Assembly (NCBI GenBank): GCA_023415305.1
Contig: JAEZKZ010000039.1
Span: 103-64,102, forward strand
Length of the DNA: 64,000 bases
Direction of reading: 5' to 3'
From: Bacillota bacterium
Lineage (GTDB): Bacteria; Bacillota; Clostridia; Acetivibrionales; DSM-1351
Every line of letters starts with the position of its first letter. Positions within the stretch are counted from its first letter, which is position 1. The notes under the pieces were generated by a model. It was not told the origin of the DNA. It worked only from the letters and a program-made list of their open reading frames with translations, and made no database searches. Positions 1-9,695 of this stretch are shown here, piece by piece. Both the position numbers and the translations under genes were made by a program.

Positions 1-1473
1 TGGAGAGCAATTATTGGAGAGGAATTTACAAAACAAAATGTACAGTTGCTGACACAGGCTGTTGCTAATATTATGATTGAGCAGAACTGTACCACAAACG
101 GTTTTGTAATAGGATATGACAGGAGATTTCTTTCAGACAAGGCTGCAAAATGGATGTCCGAGGTCCTTGCCGGGAACGGAATACAGGTTTTTTTTATAGA
201 GAAGGTGGCGCCTACACCGCTGGTGATGTTTACAGTGAACAGATTGGATGCATACTACGGAGCAGCTGTCACTGCCAGCCACAACCCCGCTGACTACAAT
301 GGAATAAAGGTGTTTTCGAGAGGAGGCAGGGATGCCTCAGAAGAGGTAACAGCAAATATTGAAAAGTATATAGAGAATATACAAAACAGTATAAACAGCG
401 GTATAAACAGCGGTATAAACAGCTGTGACAGTACTAATGTTAACTGCAGCTATCAAAACAGTGGAACAGTCGGTGGAATAAAGACGGTAGATTTTTGCAG
501 CGGTATTGAAAAAGGGATTATCAAAACAATTGATCCATTTAATGCGTATATAGATACTATTATCAATATGATCGACATGGAAGCCATAAAGGGCAGAAAT
601 CTTAAAATACTTCTTGATCCAATGTTCGGAGTATCTAAAACTTCACTTCAAACTATATTGATTACTGCAAGATGTGAAGTGGATATAATCAACGACAGGC
701 ACGATACACTTTTTGGAGGCAGACTCCCATCTCCTAGCTCTCACACGCTCCAGCGCCTGAGAGATATGGTGGTGGAAAAGGGCTATGATCTGGGGATAGG
801 CACTGACGGCGATGCCGACAGGCTCGGGATAATCGACGAAAAGGGTAACTTTATCCACCCCAACAGCATATTGGCGCTGCTGTACTACTATTTGCTGAAA
901 TACAAGAAGTGGAACGGAGGGGTTGTCCGCAATGTTGCAACTACGCATTTACTGGACAGAATTGCACAAGGCTTCGGGGAAACCTGCCATGAAGTTCCGG
1001 TTGGCTTCAAGCATATAAGCTCCAACATGGAGAAATATGATTGTCTTATCGGCGGAGAAAGCAGCGGAGGTCTAACTATAAGAGGGCACATCAACGGTAA
1101 GGATGGTATTTTTGCAGCAAGCCTTTTGATAGAGCTTCTTAGTGTCACTGGAAAAAGTCTGTCTCAGCTGCTTGGGGAGATACATAAGGACTTCGGAGGT
1201 TCATATATGACTGAAAAAGACTTCAAGTTCAGCCATGCAGAAAAGGACCGCCTTATGAAGCTGCTGTTTGACGAGAAAAAGCTGCCTGCTTTCAATTATG
1301 AGGTTGAAAAGGTCAGCTATATGGACGGCGTAAAAGTGTATTTTAGAAACGGCGGCTGGGTTATAACCCGCTTCTCGGGCACAGAGCCTCTTCTGAGGAT
1401 TTTCTGTGAAATGGAAAAGGAGGAAATGGCATCTGAGGTCAGCAATGCAATGAAAGAATTCTTAAAGCTATAG
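1..1473 (+). CDS. Phosphoglucomutase/phosphomannomutase family protein (5' end outside window)
   Basis: TASHNP phosphoserine motif, DGDADR metal loop, GGESSG and RFSGTEP motifs. Frame is open from base 1 (WRAIIGEEFT...), so the true start lies upstream. Confidence 0.93.
   Translation, partial: WRAIIGEEFTKQNVQLLTQAVANIMIEQNCTTNGFVIGYDRRFLSDKAAKWMSEVLAGNGIQVFFIEKVAPTPLVMFTVNRLDAYYGAAVTASHNPADYNGIKVFSRGGRDASEEVTANIEKYIENIQNSINSGINSGINSCDSTNVNCSYQNSGTVGGIKTVDFCSGIEKGIIKTIDPFNAYIDTIINMIDMEAIKGRNLKILLDPMFGVSKTSLQTILITARCEVDIINDRHDTLFGGRLPSPSSHTLQRLRDMVVEKGYDLGIGTDGDADRLGIIDEKGNFIHPNSILALLYYYLLKYKKWNGGVVRNVATTHLLDRIAQGFGETCHEVPVGFKHISSNMEKYDCLIGGESSGGLTIRGHINGKDGIFAASLLIELLSVTGKSLSQLLGEIHKDFGGSYMTEKDFKFSHAEKDRLMKLLFDEKKLPAFNYEVEKVSYMDGVKVYFRNGGWVITRFSGTEPLLRIFCEMEKEEMASEVSNAMKEFLKL
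389..423 (+). repeat. In-frame 12-bp tandem repeat (GTATAAACAGCG, ~3 copies)
   Basis: Read directly; encodes (S)INSGINSGINS. Confidence 0.9.
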
Positions 1474-1904
1474 GTTCTTGAAGCTATAAGATATTGGAGT
1501 AAAGCTGACCTTTGAGAAGCTGATGCCGCCTAAATTATTTAGAATATATCAATGTTAGAGAATTTTTGATTACAGCAACATAAAGCATAAAGCTTAGTAG
1601 ACTAAAAGAAGTTGACCATAGGTTGTTTTTGCTTTTTTATCTGTAATAATTACGGTGCATCTCTTTGTATTTTATAACCTTCAATCGAAATGGGCGGAAT
1701 GTCAAATCAGGTATTTATTGCTTCACGAAGGGTAGTTCCTATTGAGTTAGTTTTTGCTATTTTACTGCAGCTATTTGTTGCAGGTCCGCTTTCATTAAAA
1801 ATCGCATTCAAGATGGTAAACCCAAGAGAGGATAAGCCTTATCTTATTGCAAGTAAAAGTTCATAAGAGCGAGATGAATTATGATATAAATTTTTCAAAT
1901 TAAT

Positions 1905-1927
1905 AGACCCCAAAAGGGGTCTTTTTT
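1905..1927 (+). terminator. Intrinsic terminator
   Basis: AGACCCC-AAAA-GGGGTCT followed by a T-run. Confidence 0.75.
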
Positions 1928-1970
1928 CATTAATAGGTCAGTAAAAAACCGTAGATTCATTAAAAAACCT

Positions 1971-2145
1971 TTCGACAACAGACGGCAAAATATAAGCGGA
2001 CTAACTTTACTCTTTCTATCGAAGCAAGCCCGAAAGGGTTTAATTTATGTTTAATTTATAAGGGTTTTTGCGGATACCTGTCTAAATTATATTCAAAGTA
2101 ATAACCATAAATTGACAGAAAATTTTCCCTGTACTGAATTATAAT
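1971..2145 (+). promoter_or_regulatory. Spo0A-dependent spoIIE promoter region
   Basis: Perfect 0A box TTCGACA (1971-1977), one-mismatch TGTCTAA (2079-2085), TTGACA (2112-2117) and TATAAT (2140-2145) separated by 22 bp. Confidence 0.65.
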
Positions 2146-2206
2146 CATTCTGCATGCTAAATGACACGGCCAAGTTAACACAAGACAAATACAGGGGGTC
2201 ACACAA

Positions 2207-4615
2207 ATGAAGTCAGAAATGCTTCCATACAAAAATATTGGGAGATATGGTTCAGCAGCTCAACATACCGGAAAGTCCGGTAAGGCCGCAGCTATATTGG
2301 ACTATCTAAATAAAACCAATCTTATTATTTTGCCTGCAGCCTTTTTATTGGGCAGAATATCACTGCTGGGAGGGCTAATGCCCTTTGGTATTGCACTATA
2401 CGCAGCAACCTTGGGTCTGAATATCAACAGAATAATGATTTCAATAGCAATATTCGCCGGAATGATAACCTCCGGTGCTACGGTACAGATATATACAGCA
2501 GTTGTAGCAATGCTCCTTTTTAATGCAATAAACATACCTTTCAAAAAGAGCACAGGATCGCCTTTAAGAATCGGTATAATAGCTTTTATCGGCGTGCTTA
2601 TACCGGAAATGCTGTTGACATATTTACAGGGCTTCTTAATGTATGACGTTATAAAATCCATTATAAACGGTTTTATAATTTTTGCTCTGGTATTTGTGTT
2701 TAAAAATGTACTGGAGGTGCTTGGAAATCCCTCCAGACGGTATCAGCTTACAAACGAAGAGATTCTGAGTATTGCCATTGCCTGTGCCCTTGCGGTGGGA
2801 GGCTTGGGTGATTGGAATATACTCGGAGTCAGTCTCAAAAATATACTGTGTATATTGATAATACTTATTTTCAGCTATAGGACGGGTGCCGGAAATGGTG
2901 CTGCAATAGGAGTAATAGTCGGAACTGTAATAAGTATATCATCCAGTTCTTCACCCATTATTATTGCATCATATGCTTTTTGTGGATTGCTGGCGGGTAT
3001 TTTAAGAAATATGGGCAAAATAGGTTCCTGTGTGGGTGTCCTTATGGGAAATGCCTTGCTCACCTTTTATACAAATGGATCTACTGAGGTATTGATATAT
3101 TTGTATGAGATTATCGTTTCCATTGTTTTATTTATGCTTATTCCTGCCAAGGTTATGGATGCAGTTGTAACGAAGTTCGATAAGAGTTTAGCTGCTAAAG
3201 GCGATAAGAAAGGTTATAGTGTTAGAATTAAGGAGATAACCGTTGATAAATTAAATAAATTTTCAAAGGCTTTCTGTGAAATGGCCAAGACCTTTGATGA
3301 AATATCAGAAACAAAAGCAGTGACAGAAAAACATGATATAACAGCCATATTTGACAGAGTGGCTGATCGTGTTTGCAAGGACTGCAGCCTTTGTGCACAT
3401 TGTTGGGAACATAACTTCTGTAACACTTACCAAATAATGTTTAAAATAGTTGAAAAGCTTGACGGTAAGGGTTGGATTGAGGAAAGTGATATTCCTCAGT
3501 ACTTTCTTGAGAGGTGTGAGAGGGTCGATGATTTTGTTAAGGCAGTTAATAATGTTTTTGAGTTGTTTAAGGTTGATATGGTCTGGAGAAGCAAAATCGG
3601 GGAGAGTAGAGGCCTTGTTTCCCAGCAGTTAAAAAGCATGTCAATAATAATTTCAAATTTGGCCAACGAACTGAACACCGATATCAGTTTCAAGGATGAT
3701 CTTGAAAATCAGATTATACTGGAATTAACAAAGGCTGGTGTAAAAAATGCGGATGCCGTAGTATACGAGAACAAATACAAAAAATATGAAATGACCTTAT
3801 CTTATAAAGGCTGTGGTGGAAAAAGGAATTGTATAGGAATTGTTGAGAAAATCGTAACAGAGGTAGTTGGACGAAAGATGGTAAAGGACGGCAGTGAATG
3901 CGGGCTCAATACAAAAACCAATACTTGCACTGTTAAGTTGGTTGAAGAGGAGACATATAAGGTAATTACAGGCGTGGCAAGAATGGCCAAAAATGAAAAG
4001 TATGTTTCCGGAGATAATTATACATTTCTAAATACCGGGGACGGAAAATATATCGCAGCATTGAGTGACGGTATGGGAACGGGACATAAGGCGTGTATGC
4101 AGAGCAAGGCAACAATAAGCCTGATAGAGCAATTCATGGAATCTGGCTTTGATAAGGATACAACCGTTAAGTTGATTAATTCTATATTGGTTTTACGTTC
4201 CACTGATGATTCCTTTGCAACTATTGATATTTCAGTTATGGATCTTTACGAAGGAGAGGTGGAATTCTGCAAGGTGGGTGCAGCTCCAACCTTTATAAAA
4301 AGAGAGGACTATGTGGAGGCCATAAGAGCAGCTACTTTACCGGCAGGGATACTTAGCGAGGTGGAAGTTGAACTGATACACAAAAAGGTTAATAACGGAG
4401 ATTTTGTAATAATGCTTTCTGATGGAATTATTGATTCTTTCAAACATTGTCAGGACAGCGTAAAGGAAGTGCAAAACCTTTTACAGAACATGGATACGAA
4501 AAATCCTCAAAAAATGGCAGATGATTTGATGGATGCAGCGTTGAGCCATTGTCCGAAAAAAGAACCTGAAGATGACATGCTGGTGCTGGTATCAAAGATA
4601 TGGAGGTCCAAATAA
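2207..4615 (+). CDS. spoIIE: Stage II sporulation protein E (membrane PP2C-type phosphatase)
   Basis: 802 aa with ~10 N-terminal TM segments, central CxxCxxCxxCW, C-terminal SGDNY, LSDGMG, SDG and DDM phosphatase motifs. Confidence 0.95.
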   Translation: MKSEMLPYKNIGRYGSAAQHTGKSGKAAAILDYLNKTNLIILPAAFLLGRISLLGGLMPFGIALYAATLGLNINRIMISIAIFAGMITSGATVQIYTAVVAMLLFNAINIPFKKSTGSPLRIGIIAFIGVLIPEMLLTYLQGFLMYDVIKSIINGFIIFALVFVFKNVLEVLGNPSRRYQLTNEEILSIAIACALAVGGLGDWNILGVSLKNILCILIILIFSYRTGAGNGAAIGVIVGTVISISSSSSPIIIASYAFCGLLAGILRNMGKIGSCVGVLMGNALLTFYTNGSTEVLIYLYEIIVSIVLFMLIPAKVMDAVVTKFDKSLAAKGDKKGYSVRIKEITVDKLNKFSKAFCEMAKTFDEISETKAVTEKHDITAIFDRVADRVCKDCSLCAHCWEHNFCNTYQIMFKIVEKLDGKGWIEESDIPQYFLERCERVDDFVKAVNNVFELFKVDMVWRSKIGESRGLVSQQLKSMSIIISNLANELNTDISFKDDLENQIILELTKAGVKNADAVVYENKYKKYEMTLSYKGCGGKRNCIGIVEKIVTEVVGRKMVKDGSECGLNTKTNTCTVKLVEEETYKVITGVARMAKNEKYVSGDNYTFLNTGDGKYIAALSDGMGTGHKACMQSKATISLIEQFMESGFDKDTTVKLINSILVLRSTDDSFATIDISVMDLYEGEVEFCKVGAAPTFIKREDYVEAIRAATLPAGILSEVEVELIHKKVNNGDFVIMLSDGIIDSFKHCQDSVKEVQNLLQNMDTKNPQKMADDLMDAALSHCPKKEPEDDMLVLVSKIWRSK

Positions 4616-4695
4616 ATTTGAGTACCAAAAATATTATGTATAAAAATGATAAAATTCCACAAACTACCCATAATCAGAGTTCTTTGGAGGATACT

Positions 4696-5040
4696 ATGTT
4701 TTATGGAAAGTCTAAGAAAGTAATAATTTTGAGGGATATTCATTCAAATTTATTTGAGGAGGCCATTCTGGTTCTTAAAGAGGATAAAGAACAGGAAAAG
4801 GAGGCGGGGAAAGGGTTGGCATCGGGTAAAAAATCCAATGTGAAAAGTGACTTTATTCTTAAGGAGGCAGAATCCGTAATCAATAATTACATTAAAGACA
4901 ACAAGGGTAAGTTTAGTCCTCAAAAGAAAAAGGAACCCTTAAAACCGGATTCCAAGTTCATAAGGAATATTCTGATAAATTCTGCTTTGTTTGGAAGCAT
5001 AGCAGCTGTTATTTTTCTATTAATAAAGATATTTTTATAA
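4696..5040 (+). CDS. Hypothetical protein with C-terminal TM segment
   Basis: GGAGG upstream of ATG 4696; hydrophobic C-terminus. Confidence 0.7.
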   Translation: MFYGKSKKVIILRDIHSNLFEEAILVLKEDKEQEKEAGKGLASGKKSNVKSDFILKEAESVINNYIKDNKGKFSPQKKKEPLKPDSKFIRNILINSALFGSIAAVIFLLIKIFL

Positions 5041-5220
5041 TCACCTTATTAATCTGAAAAGCTTTCACATGTCCAAGGTTGCAAATGTAACCTTGTAACA
5101 GCTAGTAAAAAAATTTGTTGAACTTATGCTTTATGATACATGTTCTATTGATTTTCTCCTGCTAAATAGATATATTATTATAAGTAAACGCAATTTAAAT
5201 TAAGGAGCAAATAATAAATA

Positions 5221-5856
5221 ATGAAATCTCGAGCCTCGAAAATAATAGATTTTTTTCTGCTGAAAAAAGATTTTTACTCAAAACTAACTGATAAAAAAAT
5301 GTGGCTTTACATAGGCATTGGTTTGGTGGGATTGCGCGATGTCGGAATGGGAGTTTTAGGACTTAACCTCACTTCCGATAAAATGAGTGCAGGCTTGAAC
5401 ATCAGAACGGGTGCTATTCTTTTTTTAACCGCCTTGATAATCGGCCTTATAGATGTAATCTGTTTTTCTTACCCTGTTTTTGATATAATAAAGCATTTTA
5501 AGAAGAAGAGTGACAATAACTCAATGGCTATGGGGGTGTCATACTCCAGTCTGATAACAAAGGTTATGAAGGTATACATTGTTGTAAATATTATTGTAAC
5601 TCCGATAAACCTTCTTTCTTACTACACCATGCATTTAACAAACAACAGCGGTTCTGTAATCCTTTTATACATAACAGCAGTTTTGGACATATTGGCATAT
5701 TTCTGGTTCAATGGGGCCATAACTCGCGGGGTATGCGTTTTGTTCAAGCTTCCCACAGGTGCCAGAAGTCTTGTGTTTATGCTTGTATTTCTGTGGAACG
5801 CGTTGCTCAGTGAGGCATTGGGGCTTTTATTCACACAGGTGATAAACAGACTGTAA
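5221..5856 (+). CDS. Multi-pass membrane protein (possibly Yip1-like)
   Basis: 211 aa, ~5 hydrophobic segments, AAGGAG RBS; family call is tentative. Confidence 0.7.
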   Translation: MKSRASKIIDFFLLKKDFYSKLTDKKMWLYIGIGLVGLRDVGMGVLGLNLTSDKMSAGLNIRTGAILFLTALIIGLIDVICFSYPVFDIIKHFKKKSDNNSMAMGVSYSSLITKVMKVYIVVNIIVTPINLLSYYTMHLTNNSGSVILLYITAVLDILAYFWFNGAITRGVCVLFKLPTGARSLVFMLVFLWNALLSEALGLLFTQVINRL

Positions 5857-5862
5857 ATATAT

Positions 5863-5890
5863 TTGCCATATTCTAAATATCTGCTATAAT
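5863..5890 (+). promoter_or_regulatory. SigA-type promoter of tRNA-Arg
   Basis: TTGCCA-N16-TATAAT ending 11 nt before the tRNA. Confidence 0.65.
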
Positions 5891-5901
5891 AATAAAGCGA
5901 T

Positions 5902-5976
5902 GTCTCGGTAGTCTAATGGATAGGACGGTGGATTCCGGTTCCACTGGTACGGGTTCGATTCCTGTCCGGGACGCCA
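5902..5976 (+). tRNA. tRNA-Arg(CCG)
   Basis: Acceptor GTCTCGG/CCGGGAC, anticodon arm GTGGA-TTCCGGT-TCCAC, GGTTCGATTCC T-arm, encoded CCA. Confidence 0.95.
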
Positions 5977-5977
5977 T

Positions 5978-6020
5978 AAGGCGCTTGCGTTTTCTGCGGA
6001 AAACGCGGGCGTCTTTTTTT
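5978..6020 (+). terminator. Intrinsic terminator after the tRNA
   Basis: AAGGCGCTTGCGTTTT ... AAAACGCGGGCGTCTT stem followed by a T-run. Confidence 0.7.
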
Positions 6021-6109
6021 AATATGAAAAAGACGCGAAGCGCCTTACGGGCGGGACCAGTCCCCCCGTATTCCCCCCAGGTCTCCCGACGGGGATTAAA
6101 AACAACCTC

Positions 6110-7381
6110 CTATATAGTAGCCTGAAATATAAACAATCCATCCTTGACAGAGAACTGGCATATTCCGCCATGCTTTTCCACGATATGAGCCATACTTTTT
6201 GTACCAAAACCATGCCCTTGTTGTTTTGATACAGGAATACCCTGATGGAATATCGGTTCTGTGTTATATGTGTTGCGGATTTCAATGCACAATTTATTAT
6301 TCTTGGTATACGCACGCAGCCTGATATAGCGTTCATTGCTATCGGCTATACTTTCACAGGCATGAATGGCGTTTTCCAAAGCGTTTGACAATAGTGAACA
6401 AAGCTCTGTATCGCTAAAAGGAAGCAAATCAGGCAGCTTCGCTTCAGCTGTCAACAGGATTCCCGCCTGTTTTGCTTTGGTGGCAAAAGAGGACAAAATC
6501 AAATTTACGGTTTCATTTTCACAAAAGCGTATGGGTGTGATAGCGTCAATGTCGGACTGGGCAGTCCGCAGATACTCTTTAATCTCCTCTATGCGTCCCT
6601 TGGAGGCCAGACCTTGTAAAAAAGCGAAATGATGGCGCATATCATGCCGATAGGATGCAGCACTCTGCTGCATCTGTCGCAGAGAAGCAAATTCTGTTTG
6701 TGCCTGCCGGAGCTGAGTGTCCAGCTTATCCCGCTCTCTTTGGATACTTGCTTGTTTTTGCGTTTCGCCATAGTAAAGGAGGACAAACACAAAATAGAAG
6801 GTTGATGTCACGAAGGGCATGAAGTGTACAGCTGTACGTGCTCCGCTATACAAAAAATCGGTATAAACAGTGGCGGCATAGTCGAACAGATAGTAAAAAG
6901 CCGGCATGATGCCGAACAGCAGACAGGAATTAACCGAGCGTTCCATCAGGTGCCTAACAGACTTCAGTACATATTTCTGCAAAAAATAGTACATCAGAAA
7001 CACAGTTACGATGTAACCGATATGGTCCATGGAAGTACTGTCAAAAGCGACCCCTGCAACTGTACCAATCCAACGGGGAGGCTGGCAGCACAGGAAGGAG
7101 ACAAACATGCTTGTTAGTGAAATCAGCCACGTGCGCTTTAAGTATACGATTATAAAAACAGCCACTGGCAAATGGGAAAGCAGCGGATATATTTTTATCG
7201 TCACTTCCATACCCCAGAGCCGTAAGCTAGCGATTTGCATAATAAATAAAACCACGGCAAAGCACACGACAGCCAGATAGTTTTTCCGGGTACGCGTCAT
7301 TCCGGCGAAAGTGACCGCAACCGCCACACCGAATAACAAGGCAAACCAATAGCGAGAGAATTCAATGACGGTTTCTATCAT
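6110..7381 (-). CDS. Membrane sensor histidine kinase, AgrC/ComD-like (GHKL)
   Basis: Polytopic N-terminus, RHDMRHH H-box, NALENA N-box, HGFG G-box. Start placed at MIETV directly after the regulator gene. Confidence 0.9.
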   Translation of the reverse strand: MIETVIEFSRYWFALLFGVAVAVTFAGMTRTRKNYLAVVCFAVVLFIMQIASLRLWGMEVTIKIYPLLSHLPVAVFIIVYLKRTWLISLTSMFVSFLCCQPPRWIGTVAGVAFDSTSMDHIGYIVTVFLMYYFLQKYVLKSVRHLMERSVNSCLLFGIMPAFYYLFDYAATVYTDFLYSGARTAVHFMPFVTSTFYFVFVLLYYGETQKQASIQRERDKLDTQLRQAQTEFASLRQMQQSAASYRHDMRHHFAFLQGLASKGRIEEIKEYLRTAQSDIDAITPIRFCENETVNLILSSFATKAKQAGILLTAEAKLPDLLPFSDTELCSLLSNALENAIHACESIADSNERYIRLRAYTKNNKLCIEIRNTYNTEPIFHQGIPVSKQQGHGFGTKSMAHIVEKHGGICQFSVKDGLFIFQATI

Positions 7382-7385
7382 TCGT

Positions 7386-8111
7386 TTATTCACCCTCCAT
7401 TTGATAATCCAGATACTTTTGCTTAATCTCCCGTGCTTTGCCCTGTGCAACAGGAACGATTGAGCGGGTCTGTAAGGTTACTTGGTGCTTTTCAATGGTA
7501 TCCACATACTGCATATTCACAATATACGAGCGGTGGGGTTTGATAAAACCCGCATATTTCATAAGATTATCACAGACAGAGGAAAAAGGTTCCGTACATT
7601 CGATTACCTTTCCGGAGAGCAGATGGTACAACACATTTCTGCCGGTGACCTCGGCAAAAACCAAATTTGAAGTTAGTATTTTTTGAATTCCTTCAGTACT
7701 CTTTACGATAACCACATCCTCCTCCTCTTCCATTTTTATATGCTCCAGCATTTCGTCAAAGGTGAAGAAGAATTTCTCCTTCGATATGGGCTTTAATATA
7801 TAGTTAATGGCCTTCACAGAATAGCTCTCCAAAGCGAACTCAGGCGATGATGTAAAGAACAAAATCGGCGCAGTTTTGTCAAAAGCACGGATTTCCTTTG
7901 CGACATCAATGCCGGTAAAGCCAGGCATAATAATATCCAGACAGTATATATCAAACCGCTTTCCTTTATCTATGGTCGAAACCAGATCAAATCCGTTTGG
8001 GAATACGGCGTATTCGCAGTTCAAATGTTTTGATGTTCTGTATAAATTTATGAGCTGTACCATATTGGACAGCTCATCTATATTGTCATCACAGACTGCA
8101 ATCTGCAGCAT
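7386..8111 (-). CDS. LytTR-family response regulator
   Basis: REC domain (CDD, LDIIMPG, KP) plus LytTR signature FIKPHRSYIVN; GGAGGT RBS upstream of ATG 8111. Confidence 0.93.
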   Translation of the reverse strand: MLQIAVCDDNIDELSNMVQLINLYRTSKHLNCEYAVFPNGFDLVSTIDKGKRFDIYCLDIIMPGFTGIDVAKEIRAFDKTAPILFFTSSPEFALESYSVKAINYILKPISKEKFFFTFDEMLEHIKMEEEEDVVIVKSTEGIQKILTSNLVFAEVTGRNVLYHLLSGKVIECTEPFSSVCDNLMKYAGFIKPHRSYIVNMQYVDTIEKHQVTLQTRSIVPVAQGKAREIKQKYLDYQMEGE

Positions 8112-8193
8112 GAGCATACCTCCAATTTCCCATTTTTCCATCACAATTATACCATAATATGTGAATATTCGACACCATCCTTCGTATAAAAAC

Positions 8194-8228
8194 TATGTTT
8201 CATGCAGAAAAATATATGTTTCATGCAG
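8194..8228 (+). promoter_or_regulatory. Putative LytTR operator: direct repeat TATGTTTCATGCAG x2, 21-bp period
   Basis: Exact 14-nt repeats at 8194 and 8215 in the divergent intergenic region. Confidence 0.75.
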
Positions 8229-8315
8229 TGGATGGTGCTTGAGACGAGATTTTTGATAGAGTGACCTTAGGGAATGTTCCCTATTGCCACCCAAACAGAA
8301 AATGGAGGACTAGAA

Positions 8316-8912
8316 ATGAAAAAACTTTTAGTAATTATGATAGCATTTGCCATGGTACTGGGCCTAGCAGGCTGCGGCGGAGAAGAAAATCCCACTGCCA
8401 CCACTCCTGACACAACTTCTTTCACCACCTCCTCATCAAGCGCCCCCAATACATCAGCTCCCATCGACTTTGTTGAAATCACAGGTAACGGACTCTCTTT
8501 CGCTCTGCCTGTCGACATTAAGTATATTAAAACCGATGAGAACAACAGTTCGATGCTCTTTGCCAATGAAGAGAGAACCGCAGTTGTTACACTTGGGGTC
8601 AAGACAGAGGATGCAGTAACCAGCGAGGATATTACCAATGATGTCCTATTAGCTGCACTTTCGGCTGGTGGCGGGCTTAGTGATGCAACGCTTGAAAGCT
8701 CCAGTACTGTGGAACAGGATGGCGGTACTGTAGTTGTCGGCTTTGGTAAAGGGACGATGAAAAATGGAACTGCCATGAATTCTGTGATTCAGTATTTCTT
8801 CCCTTCGGATGGCGGGTACCATGCCATTAGTTACCTCTACGCCATCGATGGTGGGAGCAGTTTGGAGGATACTATTGAGCAGGTTGTTTCTACTGTAAAA
8901 ACCGCTAAGTAA
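8316..8912 (+). CDS. Lipoprotein of unknown function
   Basis: MKK signal, LAGC lipobox, Thr/Ser-rich linker; GGAGG RBS. Confidence 0.85.
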   Translation: MKKLLVIMIAFAMVLGLAGCGGEENPTATTPDTTSFTTSSSSAPNTSAPIDFVEITGNGLSFALPVDIKYIKTDENNSSMLFANEERTAVVTLGVKTEDAVTSEDITNDVLLAALSAGGGLSDATLESSSTVEQDGGTVVVGFGKGTMKNGTAMNSVIQYFFPSDGGYHAISYLYAIDGGSSLEDTIEQVVSTVKTAK

Positions 8913-8976
8913 TAAAAACCACAAATTAATAAAAACCACAAAGTTGTAAAATCACAAAGTTATAGAAACCGCATTA
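8896..8976 (+). repeat. Degenerate ~17-bp tandem repeat (5 units) starting in the lipoprotein's last codons
   Basis: TAAAAACCGCTAAGTAA / TAAAAACCACAAATTAA / TAAAAACCACAAAGTTG / TAAAATCACAAAGTTA / TAGAAACCGCATTA. Confidence 0.75.
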
Positions 8977-9044
8977 TGGGCAGACGAACAAAATAATTGT
9001 CAGTCAGTCCAGCCATACCAAAAATTATAGAGGAGGACTATACT

Positions 9045-9575
9045 ATGCTGCCAACTTTCATCGCAATACTCGCAGTTGGTTCGATCATTGTGTTATGGGC
9101 TATCTCTACCCAACGAAAACTGGTGGTGCTTGATGAGAATATAAGAAATGCTATGAGCCAGATCGGGGTTCAGCTTTCAAGCCGTTTCGATGCTTTAACC
9201 GTTCTTTTGGATTTGACAAAGTATTATGCCAAGCACGAAAGCGAAACGCTTATTAATACTATCAAATTAAGAAGAAGCGTAATAACGGGAAAATCCATAC
9301 CGAACGATGTGTTGCATCAGGAAGGGGTTATTTCCGAAGCCTTGGGCAGGATTGCCATAGTGACGGAGCAATATCCCGAACTAAAGGCAAATCCAAATTA
9401 TATCAAGTCGATGGATGCAGTGGAAGCCTTTGAAAATATGATACGCACCAGCCGTCTAGTTTACAACGACAGCGTGACCAAGCTGAACCGTGAAATCCGA
9501 ATGTTCCCGGTCTCCATGCTTGCCAGGATGTTTGGCTTTCGGCAAAGAGAATATTTGGAGGGGCGGGAGAGTTAA
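9045..9575 (+). CDS. lemA: LemA family protein
   Basis: N-terminal TM anchor, EQYPELKA and YNDSVTKLN...MFP motifs; GAGGAGG RBS. Confidence 0.9.
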   Translation: MLPTFIAILAVGSIIVLWAISTQRKLVVLDENIRNAMSQIGVQLSSRFDALTVLLDLTKYYAKHESETLINTIKLRRSVITGKSIPNDVLHQEGVISEALGRIAIVTEQYPELKANPNYIKSMDAVEAFENMIRTSRLVYNDSVTKLNREIRMFPVSMLARMFGFRQREYLEGRES

Positions 9576-9695
9576 AGGTTTGCCCTCCTGGGAGAAAAAC
9601 TATATTCGTTTTGCTAACAAAAAAGAAACTTAAAGGTTGCAGACACATCTGCAATAAGGAAGATCAATTTTACGAGTTGAGGAGGAACAATTTAT

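Noticed and set aside
5916..6125. 69-aa ORF
   Set aside because: It overlaps tRNA-Arg and its terminator.
8896..8976. Short repeat arrays (also 26852-26920 and 33654-33703) as CRISPR
   Set aside because: Units are 7-17 bp and contiguous, with no unique spacers, and there are no cas genes.
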